Part shown: piece by piece, positions 9,769 to 18,717 of the stretch
Layout: the number at the start of each line of letters is the position of its first letter
Position numbering within the stretch: position 1 is the first letter of the stretch
DNA from: Candidatus Geohabitans tengchongensis
Lineage (GTDB): Bacteria; Sysuimicrobiota; Sysuimicrobiia; Sysuimicrobiales; Humicultoraceae
Length of the DNA: 22,909 nucleotides
NCBI GenBank assembly: GCA_031459625.1
Contig: JAVKIH010000013.1
Span: 1-22,909, forward strand
Direction: 5' to 3'
The notes under the pieces: model-generated
What the model was told of the DNA's origin: nothing
Database searches by the model: none
What the model saw: the letters and a program-made list of their open reading frames with translations, nothing else
Made by a program: the position numbers and the translations under genes

Positions 9769-11422
9769 CGAGCGGGAACGGATCCGGGCGGCCCGCGCGG
9801 CCTGGGAGGCGCGTGTGGACCGCGCGGCCCTGCGGCGCCCCGCGGTGGAGACCGCCGACGGGCTGCCCGTCGACCTGCTCTACACGCCCGCCGATGTCGC
9901 GACCGACTACCTGCGCGACCTGGGCTTCCCCGGCGAGCCGCCCTACACCCGCGGCATCTACCCGACCATGTACCGGGGCCGGCTGTGGACGATGCGCCAG
10001 TACGCCGGCTACGGCACCGCCGAGGAGTCGAACCGCCGCTTCCGCTACCTGCTCAGCCAGGGCCAGACGGGGCTCTCGGTGGCCTTCGACCTGCCCACCC
10101 AGATGGGCTACGACTCCGACCACCCGCTGGCCGAGGCCGAGGTGGGGAAGGTGGGCGTGGCCATCGACTCCCTGGCCGACATGGAGGTGCTGCTGGAGGG
10201 GATTCCCCTCGACCAGGTCTCCATCTCCATGACCATCAACGCCACAGCCGCCATCCTCCTGGCCATGGTCGTGGCTGTGGCCGAGCGCCGGGGCGTGGCC
10301 CCGGCGCGACTGGACGGCACCGTGCAGAACGACATCCTCAAGGAGTACATCGCCCGGGGCACCTACATCTTCCCGCCGGAGCCGTCGCTGCGCCTGGTCA
10401 CCGACACCCTGGCCTACTGCGCCGAGCACCTCCCCCGCTGGAACCCCATCAGCGTGAGCGGGTACCACATCCGCGAGGCCGGCGCCACCGCCGTGCAGGA
10501 GGTGGCCTTCACGCTGGCGGACGCCCTCACCTACCTGCAGGCCGCCGTGGACCGGGGGCTCGGGGTGGATGCGATCGCCCCGCGCCTGAGCTTCTTCTTC
10601 GCCGCCCAGATGAACCTCCTGGAGGAGGTGGCCAAGTTCCGGGCGGCACGGCGCCTGTGGGCGCGCCTGGTGGAGGAGCGCTTCGCCCCTCACGATCCGC
10701 GCTCCCGCCTGCTGCGCTTCCACACCCAGACCGCGGGGGCGGCGCTCACCGCCCAGCAGCCCGACAACAACGTGGTGCGGGTGACCATCCAGGCGCTGGC
10801 GGCGGTGCTGGGCGGCACGCAGTCGCTGCACACCAACGCCCGCGACGAGGCCCTGGCCCTGCCCAGCGAGGAGTCGGCGCTAGTGGCGCTGCGCACCCAG
10901 CAGATCCTGGCCTTCGAGAGCGGGGTGGCCGACACGGTGGACCCGCTGGGCGGCGCCTACTACGTGGAGGCGCTCACCGACGCCATCGAAGCGGCGTCCC
11001 GCCGGCTGATCGAGGAGGTGGAGCGCGCCGGGGGGATGCTGCGGGCCATCGAGACGGGGCTCGTCCAGCGGATGATCGCCGAGAGCGCCTACCGTGAGGC
11101 CCAGCGCATCGAGCGGGGCGAGCAGGTGGTCGTGGGGGTGAACCGCTTCACCGAGGGTCCGTCCTCCCCCCCCGCCGGCCGGCTGCTGCGCGTCGACCCG
11201 GCGGTGGTGGAGCGGCAGCGCCGGCGCCTGCAGGAGGTGCGGGCCCGCCGCGACGGCGGGGCCGTGGCGCGGGCGCTGGAAGCGGTGCGGCAGGCCGCGG
11301 AAGGGCGCGACAACCTCCTCCCGCCTATCCTCGAGGCGGTCCGGGCCTACGCCACCATCGGGGAGATCTGCGACACCCTGCGGGCGGTCTTCGGCGTGCA
11401 CCGGCCGGTGGCGCTCGTCTGA
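9761..11422 (+). CDS. Methylmalonyl-CoA mutase, substrate-binding (large) subunit, no B12-binding domain
   Basis: [61 protein letters not shown] and GGTQSLHTN motifs. The Tyr (10001) and Arg (10355) specificity positions match methylmalonyl-CoA mutase rather than the Phe/Gln of isobutyryl-CoA mutase. Confidence 0.93.
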   Translation: MADERERIRAARAAWEARVDRAALRRPAVETADGLPVDLLYTPADVATDYLRDLGFPGEPPYTRGIYPTMYRGRLWTMRQYAGYGTAEESNRRFRYLLSQGQTGLSVAFDLPTQMGYDSDHPLAEAEVGKVGVAIDSLADMEVLLEGIPLDQVSISMTINATAAILLAMVVAVAERRGVAPARLDGTVQNDILKEYIARGTYIFPPEPSLRLVTDTLAYCAEHLPRWNPISVSGYHIREAGATAVQEVAFTLADALTYLQAAVDRGLGVDAIAPRLSFFFAAQMNLLEEVAKFRAARRLWARLVEERFAPHDPRSRLLRFHTQTAGAALTAQQPDNNVVRVTIQALAAVLGGTQSLHTNARDEALALPSEESALVALRTQQILAFESGVADTVDPLGGAYYVEALTDAIEAASRRLIEEVERAGGMLRAIETGLVQRMIAESAYREAQRIERGEQVVVGVNRFTEGPSSPPAGRLLRVDPAVVERQRRRLQEVRARRDGGAVARALEAVRQAAEGRDNLLPPILEAVRAYATIGEICDTLRAVFGVHRPVALV

Positions 11423-11426
11423 GCCG

Positions 11427-12383
11427 ATGCGCGCCTCCCCGGCCGACCTGGCGGAGCAGGTGCGGGCCGGCTCGCACCAGGCGGCGGCACGCCTGATCAG
11501 CCTGCTGGAGGACGGTGACCCGGAGGGGCTGGCCGCCTTGCGCGCGCTGCCCCCGGAGCGGGAGGCCTACGCCGTCGGGATCACCGGGCCGCCGGGGGCG
11601 GGGAAGAGCACGCTGGTGGACGCGCTCACCCGGCTGGTCCGGGCGGAGGGCCGGCCCGTCGGCATCATCGCCGTCGACCCCACCAGCCCCTTCACCGGCG
11701 GGGCGCTCCTGGGCGACCGCATCCGGATGCAGGAGCACAGCACCGACCCCGGCGTCTTCGTGCGCTCGATGGCCACGCGCGGGCACCTGGGGGGATTGGC
11801 CCCGGCCACCACCGACGCGGTGCGCGTGCTGGCGGCGCTGGGGGTGGACCTCGTCCTGGTGGAGACGGTGGGGGCGGGGCAGGCGGAGGTGGACGTCGTC
11901 ACCGTCGCCGACACGGTGGTCGTGGTGGCCGTCCCCGGGATGGGGGACGCCCTGCAGACGCTGAAGGCCGGGATCATGGAGATCGGGGACGTCTTCGCGG
12001 TGAACAAGGCCGACCGCCCCGACGCCGACCGCACCGTGATCGAGATCCGCATGATGCTGCAGCTGGTCCCCCCGGAAGGGTGGCGGCCGCCGGTGGTGCG
12101 GACGGTGGCCACGACGGGGGAGGGGGTGGCCGACCTCCTCGCCGCGGTGCGGTCGCACCGGGCCTACCTGGAGGCCAGCGGGACCCTGGAGGAGCGCCGC
12201 CGGCGGCGCCGCCGCCACGCCGTGCTGCGGGCGCTGGAGGCCCGCGTGCAGGAGGCGGTGCTGGCGCGGGCGCAGCATGACCCCGTCGTGGCCGCCGTGC
12301 TGGAGGAGGCGGAGCGGGGGGGGCTGGACGCGCGCGCCGCCGCGGAGCGCCTCCTCCAGCGCCTGGAGGGGGCGGGCCGATGA
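11427..12383 (+). CDS. meaB: Methylmalonyl-CoA mutase-associated GTPase
   Basis: GITGPPGAGKST, AVDPTSPFTGGALLGDRIRM, ETVGAGQAE, KAGIMEIGD and VNKAD motifs. Confidence 0.93.
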   Translation: MRASPADLAEQVRAGSHQAAARLISLLEDGDPEGLAALRALPPEREAYAVGITGPPGAGKSTLVDALTRLVRAEGRPVGIIAVDPTSPFTGGALLGDRIRMQEHSTDPGVFVRSMATRGHLGGLAPATTDAVRVLAALGVDLVLVETVGAGQAEVDVVTVADTVVVVAVPGMGDALQTLKAGIMEIGDVFAVNKADRPDADRTVIEIRMMLQLVPPEGWRPPVVRTVATTGEGVADLLAAVRSHRAYLEASGTLEERRRRRRRHAVLRALEARVQEAVLARAQHDPVVAAVLEEAERGGLDARAAAERLLQRLEGAGR

Positions 12384-12775
12384 TCCGGCTCGCCCACCTG
12401 GCCATCGCGGTGCGCGACCTGGCCGGGGCGGTGCGGGTCTACACGGAGGCGCTGGGGCTGTCGCTCGCCGGGGAGGAGACGCTGCCCGAGGAGGGGGTGC
12501 GCATCGCCTTCCTGGAGGCAGGTGGCGTGCGCGTCGAGCTGCTGGAGAGCCTCGGCCCCGACACCCCGGTGGGGCGCTTCCTGGAGCGGCGGGGGGAGGG
12601 GATCCACCACGTCGCCTTCTACGTCGAGGACCTGGACGCCGCGCTGGCCCGGGCGCGGGAGCGCGGGTTGCAGCCGGCGGGCGGCCCGCGCCGGGGTGCG
12701 GAGGGGCGGCGCATCGCCTTCCTCCATCCATCCGGCAGCCACGGGGTGCTGGTCGAGCTGATCCAGGCCTCCTGA
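12380..12775 (+). CDS. mce: Methylmalonyl-CoA epimerase (VOC fold)
   Basis: HLAIAV, VELLE, RGEGIHHVAF and AFLHP..SHGVLVEL metal-binding motifs. ATGA overlap with meaB. Confidence 0.92.
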   Translation: MIRLAHLAIAVRDLAGAVRVYTEALGLSLAGEETLPEEGVRIAFLEAGGVRVELLESLGPDTPVGRFLERRGEGIHHVAFYVEDLDAALARARERGLQPAGGPRRGAEGRRIAFLHPSGSHGVLVELIQAS

Positions 12776-12789
12776 CCGTCCCGATGCGG

Positions 12790-12887
12790 CGGGAGTGGCT
12801 GGCCCCTCTCCCCGGGGAGTGGCTGGCCCTTCTCCCCTGAGGGTGGCTTGCCCCTCTTCCCGGGGTAGTGACTTGCCCCCCTCCCCC
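12790..12887. repeat. Four-copy degenerate tandem repeat of about 24 bp
   Basis: cgggagtggctggcccctctcccc / ggggagtggctggcccttctcccc / tgagggtggcttgcccctcttccc / ggggtagtgacttgcccccctccccc. Confidence 0.88.
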
Positions 12888-12902
12888 GGGGTGTGGTACG
12901 TT
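12873..12902 (+). promoter_or_regulatory. Candidate sigma70-type promoter for the yabE-like/rsmA operon
   Basis: TTGCCC (12873-12878), 18-nt spacer, TACGTT (12897-12902) with TG extension at 12894-12895. Confidence 0.45.
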
Positions 12903-12918
12903 ACCTGCCAGCACGACG

Positions 12919-12951
12919 CCCTAGGGTGACCCCCTAGGGTTTTTCGTTTTT
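12919..12951 (+). terminator. Terminator-like hairpin with T-tract
   Basis: CCCTAGGG-tgacc-CCCTAGGG (8-bp stem; each arm is also self-palindromic) followed by TTTTTcgTTTTT. Confidence 0.6.
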
Positions 12952-13043
12952 CAGGACACTCCCCGAACCCATTCGCGCCAGCGCGCATCGCACGCGTCTT
13001 CGGCAAGACCCCTGGCGGCGCCGCCGCCGGTCCGGAGGTGTGC

Positions 13044-14081
13044 ATGAAGCCTGCGCTCGTCCTGACGGTGGCGGCCACGTTCGTGGGGTCGGCGATGGGC
13101 GTCACCGCCTCGGCCTGGCGGTCGTCCCTCCCTGCCTCGTCGTCCAGCGGGGCGGCGATCCGCCGCCCGGCCACCCCTGCCAGGGCCCCCGAAGAGTCCG
13201 GTCGACCGGCCCGACCGACCGGGCTGGAGTCGGAGCGGGATGCGGGTGCTCCTGCCGTGCCGATCACACCCCGTCGGGCCCTGCCTCCCGTTCACGCAAC
13301 CCTCGACCTCGACTCCTGGCTCAGCGAAGGCGACGCTGTGGAGGTGCGGCGGCCGGCCTACGTGAGCGTGGTGGCCGACGGCCGGGCCCGGCCGCTGCTC
13401 ACCACCGCCGCCACCGTGGCCCAGGCGCTACGGGAGGCCGGCGTGCGGGTGGGGAAGGGCGACCGGGTCTTCCCTCACCCCTCGAGCCTCCTCCAGCCGC
13501 AGAGCCGCATCCGCGTCATCCGCATCCGCCGCGAGGTCCTGACGCGGCAGGTGGCCATTCCCCCGGCGACCGTCCGGCGACGCGACCCGACGGTGAACTG
13601 GGGGCGGGTGGTGACCGAGCCCGGCCGGGCCGGCGTGAGGCAGGTGACGGTGGTGAAGACGTACGCCGACGGGCGGCTGGTCTCGGTGGTACAGACGGCC
13701 GCGCGCCTCCTGCGGCCGGCGGTGCCGACCGTGGTGCGGGTGGGGCAGCGCCGCCTGGTGGCCTCGCGCGGGGCCTTTGCCGGGTACGAGTACCTGGACG
13801 TCGTGGCCACCGCCTACGCCCCCTGGCACGGGAAGGGCGTGGACGGCACGACGGCGATCGGCCTGCGGGCGGGGTACGGGGTGGTGGCGGTGGACCCGCG
13901 GGTCATCCCCCTGCGCAGCCGCCTGTATATTGAAGGGTACGGGTACGCCATCGCCGGCGACACGGGAGGACGGATCAAAGGGTTGCGAGTGGACCTGGGG
14001 TTCGACAGTGTGCGCGAAGCCCGGCGGTTCGGCCGTCGGCCGGTGCGCGTCTACATCCTGCAGAGGTATGAACGGCGCTGA
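13044..14081 (+). CDS. YabE-like cell-wall protein (DUF348-like + G5 + 3D domain)
   Basis: N-terminal hydrophobic segment; TTAATVAQALREAGVRVGKGDRVFP (DUF348-like); EPGRAGVRQV...VVRVG (G5); ATAY...VAVDPRVIPL...AGDTGGRIKGLRVDL (3D). GGAGGT RBS before ATG 13044; GTG 13038 is an alternative start. Confidence 0.88.
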   Translation: MKPALVLTVAATFVGSAMGVTASAWRSSLPASSSSGAAIRRPATPARAPEESGRPARPTGLESERDAGAPAVPITPRRALPPVHATLDLDSWLSEGDAVEVRRPAYVSVVADGRARPLLTTAATVAQALREAGVRVGKGDRVFPHPSSLLQPQSRIRVIRIRREVLTRQVAIPPATVRRRDPTVNWGRVVTEPGRAGVRQVTVVKTYADGRLVSVVQTAARLLRPAVPTVVRVGQRRLVASRGAFAGYEYLDVVATAYAPWHGKGVDGTTAIGLRAGYGVVAVDPRVIPLRSRLYIEGYGYAIAGDTGGRIKGLRVDLGFDSVREARRFGRRPVRVYILQRYERR

Positions 14082-14998
14082 GCGGTGAGGGGTCCCGGCC
14101 GTCCGGAGACCTCCCTGCCCCCGAAGACCTGGCGACGCCCGGCGGGACCCTGCGGGTCCTCAGGGCGTTCGGCATCCGCCCCCGCAAGCGCTTCGGTCAG
14201 CACTTCCTCACGAGCCGCCATGTCCTGGAGCGGATCGTCCGCGAGGCGGCGGTGGGGCCGGGCGACCGCGTCCTGGAGGTGGGGGCAGGCATCGGCACCC
14301 TCACCGTGGCCCTGGCGGCGACCGGCGCGGAGGTCGTGGCGGTGGAGGTGGACCGCACGCTGCTGCCCGCCCTGCGTGCCGTGACCGCCGCCTTCCCCAC
14401 GGTGCGCCTGGTGGAGGGGGACATCATGGCCCTCGACCTGGCCGCCCTGGCCGGGCCCGGTCCCGTGACCGTGGCCGCCAACCTCCCCTACGGGATCGCT
14501 TCTCCCCTCCTGGTACGCCTCCTGGAGACGCTCCGGCACCTGCGCCGGGCGGTGGTGACCGTGCAGGCGGAGGTGGCCGGCCGGCTGACGGCGGCACCGG
14601 GGACGCCGGAGTACGGACTGCTCTCGGTCATGGTGCAGTACCGGGCCCGTCCGACCGTGGTGGTGCGCGTGCCGCCCGGCGCCTTCCTCCCTCCGCCGGA
14701 GGTGGAGTCGGCGGTCGTGCGCCTCGATCCCCACCCGGTCCCTCCCGTCACGGTGCCGGACGAGGCAGCCTTCTTCGCGGTGGTGCGGGCCGCCTTCGCC
14801 CAGCGGCGCAAGACGCTGCGCCGGGCCCTGGCGGCGCTCCCGGACCTCGCCCCCGAACGCGCCGAGGGGGCGCTGCGCCGGGCGGGCATCGACCCGCGGC
14901 GCCGGGGGGAGACGCTCGGCCTGGAGGAGTTCGCCCGCCTGAGCCGCGCGCTGGCCGGAGGGAACGGGCCGCGGGGAGGGAAAGAGGGAGGAGGATGA
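14078..14998 (+). CDS. rsmA: 16S rRNA dimethyladenosine transferase RsmA/KsgA; inferred CTG start
   Basis: PRKRFGQHFL lies in frame upstream of the track start at 14252; also EVGAGIG, ANLPY and FAQRRKTL. The frame opens after TGA 14069-14071 and has no ATG/GTG/TTG before 14252. Confidence 0.9.
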   Translation: MSGEGSRPSGDLPAPEDLATPGGTLRVLRAFGIRPRKRFGQHFLTSRHVLERIVREAAVGPGDRVLEVGAGIGTLTVALAATGAEVVAVEVDRTLLPALRAVTAAFPTVRLVEGDIMALDLAALAGPGPVTVAANLPYGIASPLLVRLLETLRHLRRAVVTVQAEVAGRLTAAPGTPEYGLLSVMVQYRARPTVVVRVPPGAFLPPPEVESAVVRLDPHPVPPVTVPDEAAFFAVVRAAFAQRRKTLRRALAALPDLAPERAEGALRRAGIDPRRRGETLGLEEFARLSRALAGGNGPRGGKEGGG

Positions 14999-16239
14999 GC
15001 GTGGACTACGAGGCTTTCCTCTCCCGGAGCGCGCGCGGCATGCGCCGCTCGCTCATCCGGGAGCTGCTGAAGCTGACCAGCCGCGGCGGCATCATTTCCT
15101 TCGCCGGCGGCTTCCCCGACCCCGCCACCTTCCCCGTGGCCGAGCTGCAGGAGGTGACGCGGGACGTCCTGGCCCGGGAGGCGCACCGGGCCCTCCAGTA
15201 CAGCATCACCGAGGGGGACCCGGCGCTGCGGGAGCAGCTCGCCCGGTGGATGGCCAAGGACGGCATCCGGGTGGGGCCGGACCAGATCCTGGTGACGGTC
15301 GGCTCCCAGCAGGGGCTGGACATCCTGGGCAAGGTCTTCCTCGACCCCGGCGACGTCGTCGTCCTGGAGCTCCCCTCCTACATGGCCGCGCTCCAGGTCT
15401 TCCGCACCTACGACGTGGAGCTGGTGGGGGTCCCCGCCGACGACGAGGGGATGGAGACCGACCGGCTGGCCGAGACCCTGACCCGCCTGCGGGCGCAGGG
15501 GCGGCGGCCCAAGTTCATCTACGTCGTGCCCGACTTCCAGAACCCCTCCGGGGTGACCTGGACCGAGGCCCGCCGCCGGGCGCTGCTGGGGCTGGCCCGC
15601 GAGTACGACACGCTGGTGGTCGAGGACAACCCCTACCGGGAGATCCGCTTCGAGGGGACGGCCCCGCCCCCGATCTTCGCCCTCGACCCCGAGCGCACGA
15701 TCTACCTCTCCACCTTCAGCAAGACCCTCTGCCCGGGGCTGCGCATCGGGTGGATGGCCGCCGCCCCCGAGCTGGTGGCCCAGTTCGTCACGGCCAAGCA
15801 GGGGATGGACCTGTGCTGCCCCGCCTTCACCCAGGCGGTGGCGGCGGAGATGGCCGGCCGCGGCATCCTCCACCGCCGCCTCCCCCAGATCACCGCCACC
15901 TACCGGGTGAAGCGCGACGCCATGCTGCGCGCCCTCGAGCGGGAGATGCCCGACGGCGTCACCTGGACCCGGCCGGAGGGAGGCCTCTTCCTGTGGGTGC
16001 GCCTACTCGAGGGGATGGACACCGAGGCGATGCTGCACCCGGCGGTGGAGGAGGAGGGGGTGGCTTACGTCATCGGCTCGGGCTTCTTCGCCGACGGAAG
16101 CGGGCGGAACACCATGCGCCTCAACTTCTCCTACCCCTCGGTCGAGGAGATCGACGAAGGGATCCGTCGCCTGGCCAGGGTGGTCCGCCGCTGGCCGCGT
16201 CCGACCCCTGCGGTCATGCGAACGACAGTTTCGGATTGA
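14995..16239 (+). CDS. PLP-dependent class I/II aminotransferase (LysN/2-aminoadipate transaminase-like)
   Basis: ISFAGGFPDP, PDFQNPSG, EDNPY, STFSKTLCPGLRIGW (PLP lysine) and MRLNFS. ATGA overlap with rsmA. Confidence 0.9.
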   Translation: MSVDYEAFLSRSARGMRRSLIRELLKLTSRGGIISFAGGFPDPATFPVAELQEVTRDVLAREAHRALQYSITEGDPALREQLARWMAKDGIRVGPDQILVTVGSQQGLDILGKVFLDPGDVVVLELPSYMAALQVFRTYDVELVGVPADDEGMETDRLAETLTRLRAQGRRPKFIYVVPDFQNPSGVTWTEARRRALLGLAREYDTLVVEDNPYREIRFEGTAPPPIFALDPERTIYLSTFSKTLCPGLRIGWMAAAPELVAQFVTAKQGMDLCCPAFTQAVAAEMAGRGILHRRLPQITATYRVKRDAMLRALEREMPDGVTWTRPEGGLFLWVRLLEGMDTEAMLHPAVEEEGVAYVIGSGFFADGSGRNTMRLNFSYPSVEEIDEGIRRLARVVRRWPRPTPAVMRTTVSD

Positions 16240-16264
16240 CGGTGCGGGGAGGCGGGTGTACGGT
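16236..16264 (+). promoter_or_regulatory. Candidate sigma70-type promoter with no downstream sense CDS
   Basis: TTGACG (16236-16241), 17-nt spacer, TACGGT (16259-16264). The expected start site near 16270 coincides with the 5' end of a long hairpin. Confidence 0.55.
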
Positions 16265-16269
16265 CAACT

Positions 16270-16356
16270 CGTCAGCGGTGCGCAATCGGTAGATGGGAGG
16301 AGGTACTCCTTCGGGAGCAACCCGGCCTAACTACCGAGAGCGGCCGCTGACGCTTT
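16270..16356 (+). ncRNA. Candidate rod-shaped small RNA (about 85 nt), family not recognised
   Basis: Nested stems CGTCAGCGG(16270-78)/CCGCTGACG(16344-52), TCGGTAG(16286-92)/CTACCGA(16331-37) and CTCC-TTCG-GGAG(16306-17), followed by cTTTT. Upstream promoter-like boxes. Confidence 0.55.
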
Positions 16357-16427
16357 TGGCGGCGGCGGCACGGACGACGCCCGTCCGCCGGCGCCCACCC
16401 CGGCTGGGACCAGGTGCGAGGGTCTCG

Positions 16428-17684
16428 TTAGCGGTGGGCGCTGTAGTCGCGGGCCAGCAGGACGGTGATGTCCACCCCGTCCGCGCTGGCCCCGGTCGTC
16501 ACGAGGGCCTTCCCCAGCAGATCCGCCAGGAGCCGGGCCACCTCGCGGCGCCCCGAGCGGTCGAAGACCACGGTCTCCTCGGCCCGCCGGGGGGCCGTGC
16601 CGACGCGCACCACGTGAAAGCCCAATTGCTCCAGCCGCGCGGCGGTGCGGCGGGCCGCCCCGGGGATGCCGCTGCCGTTGAGGACTTCCACCCGGGTGGC
16701 GGCCAGCACCTCGGGGTCCACCCCGTAGACCATCGAGGTGACCACCTGGCGGACGCGGGGCCAGTCGGGCTCCCAGTACTGGGGGGCGAAGGTCCCCGGG
16801 AGCGTGGCGGTGTGGATGTCGGTGGGCTCGAGCCGGGAGGCGAAGAGAGCCAGGGTGAGGAGCTCGCCGACGGTCAGGTTGGTCTGGGTGTTCTCGGTGA
16901 AGGCGCGCAGGAGCTGGGGGACCCGCAGGACCATGGCCGGCTGCTTCATCTTGCGGAAGAGCGCCAGCAGCAGTTTCTGCTGCCGCTCCACCCGCCCGAT
17001 GTCCCCCGTGGCGTCCTTGCGGAAGCGGATGTACCCCTCGGCCTGGCGGCCGTTCAGCACCTGGCGGCCTTTCTTCAGGTCGATGTACAGGTCCGCCCAG
17101 GTGTCGGTGTACTTCATGTCCTTCTCGACGTCGACCTCCACCCCGCCGATGGCGTCCACGAGCTTGACGAACGACTGCGGCCCGAGCTTCACGTAGTAGT
17201 CGACCCGCACGCCCAGCAGCTCCTCGACGGTGCGGATGGTCAGCCCGGGACCGCCGAAGGCGTAGGCGGCGTTGATCTTCATCGTCCCCACGCCCGGGAT
17301 GCGCGCCCGGGTGTCCCGGGGAATGGAGAGGACCGAGATGCGGTCGCGCGCCGGGTCGAAGACGGCCAGCAGGAGGGTGTCGGCGCGCGCCACGGGGACG
17401 ATGCGCCGGCGGTTGTCCAGGGTGATGTCCGTGCCGATGAGCAGGACGGTGACCCGGTCGGTCAGGCGCAGGTTCCAGGAGAAGGAGGGGGAGCCGTCTT
17501 GGGCCGGCCGGTCCACCTCGCGGGTGCCGGTGAAGGTCTCGCCCGAGACCACCAGGTAGAGGTAGGCGCCCAGGCCGAAGCCGAAGAGCGCCACCACCAG
17601 CGCCGGCAGGAGCCAGGCCAGCAGCCATGGCCAGGGCCGCCGCCGGGGCGCGGGAGAGGCCGGATCGTGGGGGGTCCGTGCCAT
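16428..17684 (-). CDS. LCP (LytR-CpsA-Psr) family protein with LytR C-terminal domain
   Basis: Single N-terminal TM; VLLIGTD, RADTLL, SIPRDT, KINAAYAFGG, YIRFR..GDIGRVERQQ; C-terminal VEVLNGSGIPGAA...DITVLLARDY. AGGAGG RBS. Confidence 0.93.
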   Translation of the reverse strand: MARTPHDPASPAPRRRPWPWLLAWLLPALVVALFGFGLGAYLYLVVSGETFTGTREVDRPAQDGSPSFSWNLRLTDRVTVLLIGTDITLDNRRRIVPVARADTLLLAVFDPARDRISVLSIPRDTRARIPGVGTMKINAAYAFGGPGLTIRTVEELLGVRVDYYVKLGPQSFVKLVDAIGGVEVDVEKDMKYTDTWADLYIDLKKGRQVLNGRQAEGYIRFRKDATGDIGRVERQQKLLLALFRKMKQPAMVLRVPQLLRAFTENTQTNLTVGELLTLALFASRLEPTDIHTATLPGTFAPQYWEPDWPRVRQVVTSMVYGVDPEVLAATRVEVLNGSGIPGAARRTAARLEQLGFHVVRVGTAPRRAEETVVFDRSGRREVARLLADLLGKALVTTGASADGVDITVLLARDYSAHR

Positions 17685-17729
17685 AGGCCTCCTGAGCCGG
17701 GTCGTCGGGGTGGTACCGAAGGCAGCACT

Positions 17730-17757
17730 ATCGTACGAGCCGCACGGGGGATGTCAA
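17730..17757 (-). promoter_or_regulatory. Sigma70-type promoter of the LCP gene
   Basis: Minus strand TTGACA (17757-17752), 16-nt spacer, TACGAT (17735-17730). Confidence 0.7.
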
Positions 17758-17758
17758 C

Positions 17759-18673
17759 GTGGCGGCGGAGAGGGGGATCGCGCCCGTGGCCGCAAAGGAA
17801 CTGCGCCTGAACGCATACGCCAAGATCAACCTCGCCCTCGACGTCCGGGGACGCCGACCGGACGGCTCGCTGGACGTCGAGACGGTCCTGCACACCCTGG
17901 CCCTTCACGATTCTATTACCCTGCGGGAGGACGGGGTAGGCGAAGGACCGGGAGCGATCCAGGTCCAGGTCGATCCCCCGGCCGTCCCGGAACACGCCCG
18001 CACCCTGCCGCTGCGGGCCGCCCAGATGGTGCGGGACCTCTCCGGGCTGGGGCGAGGAGTGCAGATCGAGATCCGCAAGGCCATCCCCGTCGGCGTCGGG
18101 CTGGGGGGCGCCAGCGCCGACGCCGCGGTCACGCTGCTCGGGCTGGTGCAAATGTGGAAGGTGCGGCTCGACGGCCGGGGCCTGCTGGCGCTGGCCTCCC
18201 GGCTCGGCGCGGACGTGCCCTTCTTGATGGAAGGCGGGGCCGCGTTGGTCCAGAACGACGGGCAGCGGCTGCAGTGGCTGCCCACGCTCCCCCCCACCTG
18301 GCTGGTCCTGGCGCGGCCGCGGACGCAGGTCTCCACGGAGTGGGCCCACAGCGCCTACGACCCGGCGCAGGGGGGGACGCGCCCGGACATCCCGGCGCTG
18401 GTCGAGGCGATGCGGGCGGGCGACGTCCCGGCGGTGGGCCGGTTCGTGGGCAACGTCTTCGAGGAGCTGGTCGTGCGCACCCACCCGGTGGTGGGGGAGA
18501 TCAAGGCCCGCATCCTGGCCGGAGAGGCCTACGGGGCCAGCCTCTCCGGCACCGGCCCCGTGGTCTTCGGGCTGATGGCCAACGAGGCGGCGGCCCGCAA
18601 GACCGCTCTGGACCTGGAGGCCCTGCCCGACGTGGAGGTGCTGGTCACGCGCACCTTCGCGGAGGAGCGGTAG
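17759..18673 (+). CDS. ispE: 4-diphosphocytidyl-2-C-methyl-D-erythritol kinase-like GHMP kinase (divergent)
   Basis: AYAKINLAL, KAIPVGVGLGGASADAA, LGADVPF and LSGTGP motifs; sits in the rsmA-ispE-purR synteny. GTG 17786 is an alternative start. Confidence 0.82.
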   Translation: MAAERGIAPVAAKELRLNAYAKINLALDVRGRRPDGSLDVETVLHTLALHDSITLREDGVGEGPGAIQVQVDPPAVPEHARTLPLRAAQMVRDLSGLGRGVQIEIRKAIPVGVGLGGASADAAVTLLGLVQMWKVRLDGRGLLALASRLGADVPFLMEGGAALVQNDGQRLQWLPTLPPTWLVLARPRTQVSTEWAHSAYDPAQGGTRPDIPALVEAMRAGDVPAVGRFVGNVFEELVVRTHPVVGEIKARILAGEAYGASLSGTGPVVFGLMANEAAARKTALDLEALPDVEVLVTRTFAEER

Positions 18674-18717
18674 CGGTGCCCCGGTCGTCCACCGGCACCG
18701 TCAGGAGGGCGCTCTAG

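Noticed and set aside
12790..12887. Possible CRISPR array (also considered for 1808-1906)
   Set aside because: Units are contiguous and degenerate, with no unique spacers and no cas genes in the window.
12903..13043. c-di-AMP (ydaO) riboswitch ahead of the cell-wall gene, or a cobalamin riboswitch for the mutase cluster
   Set aside because: I could not find the conserved sequence blocks of either family in the intergenic regions.
16270..16356. SRP (4.5S) RNA or 6S RNA
   Set aside because: Lacks the CAGG-stem-GRAA-stem-AGCA helix 8 of SRP RNA and is about half the length of 6S RNA.
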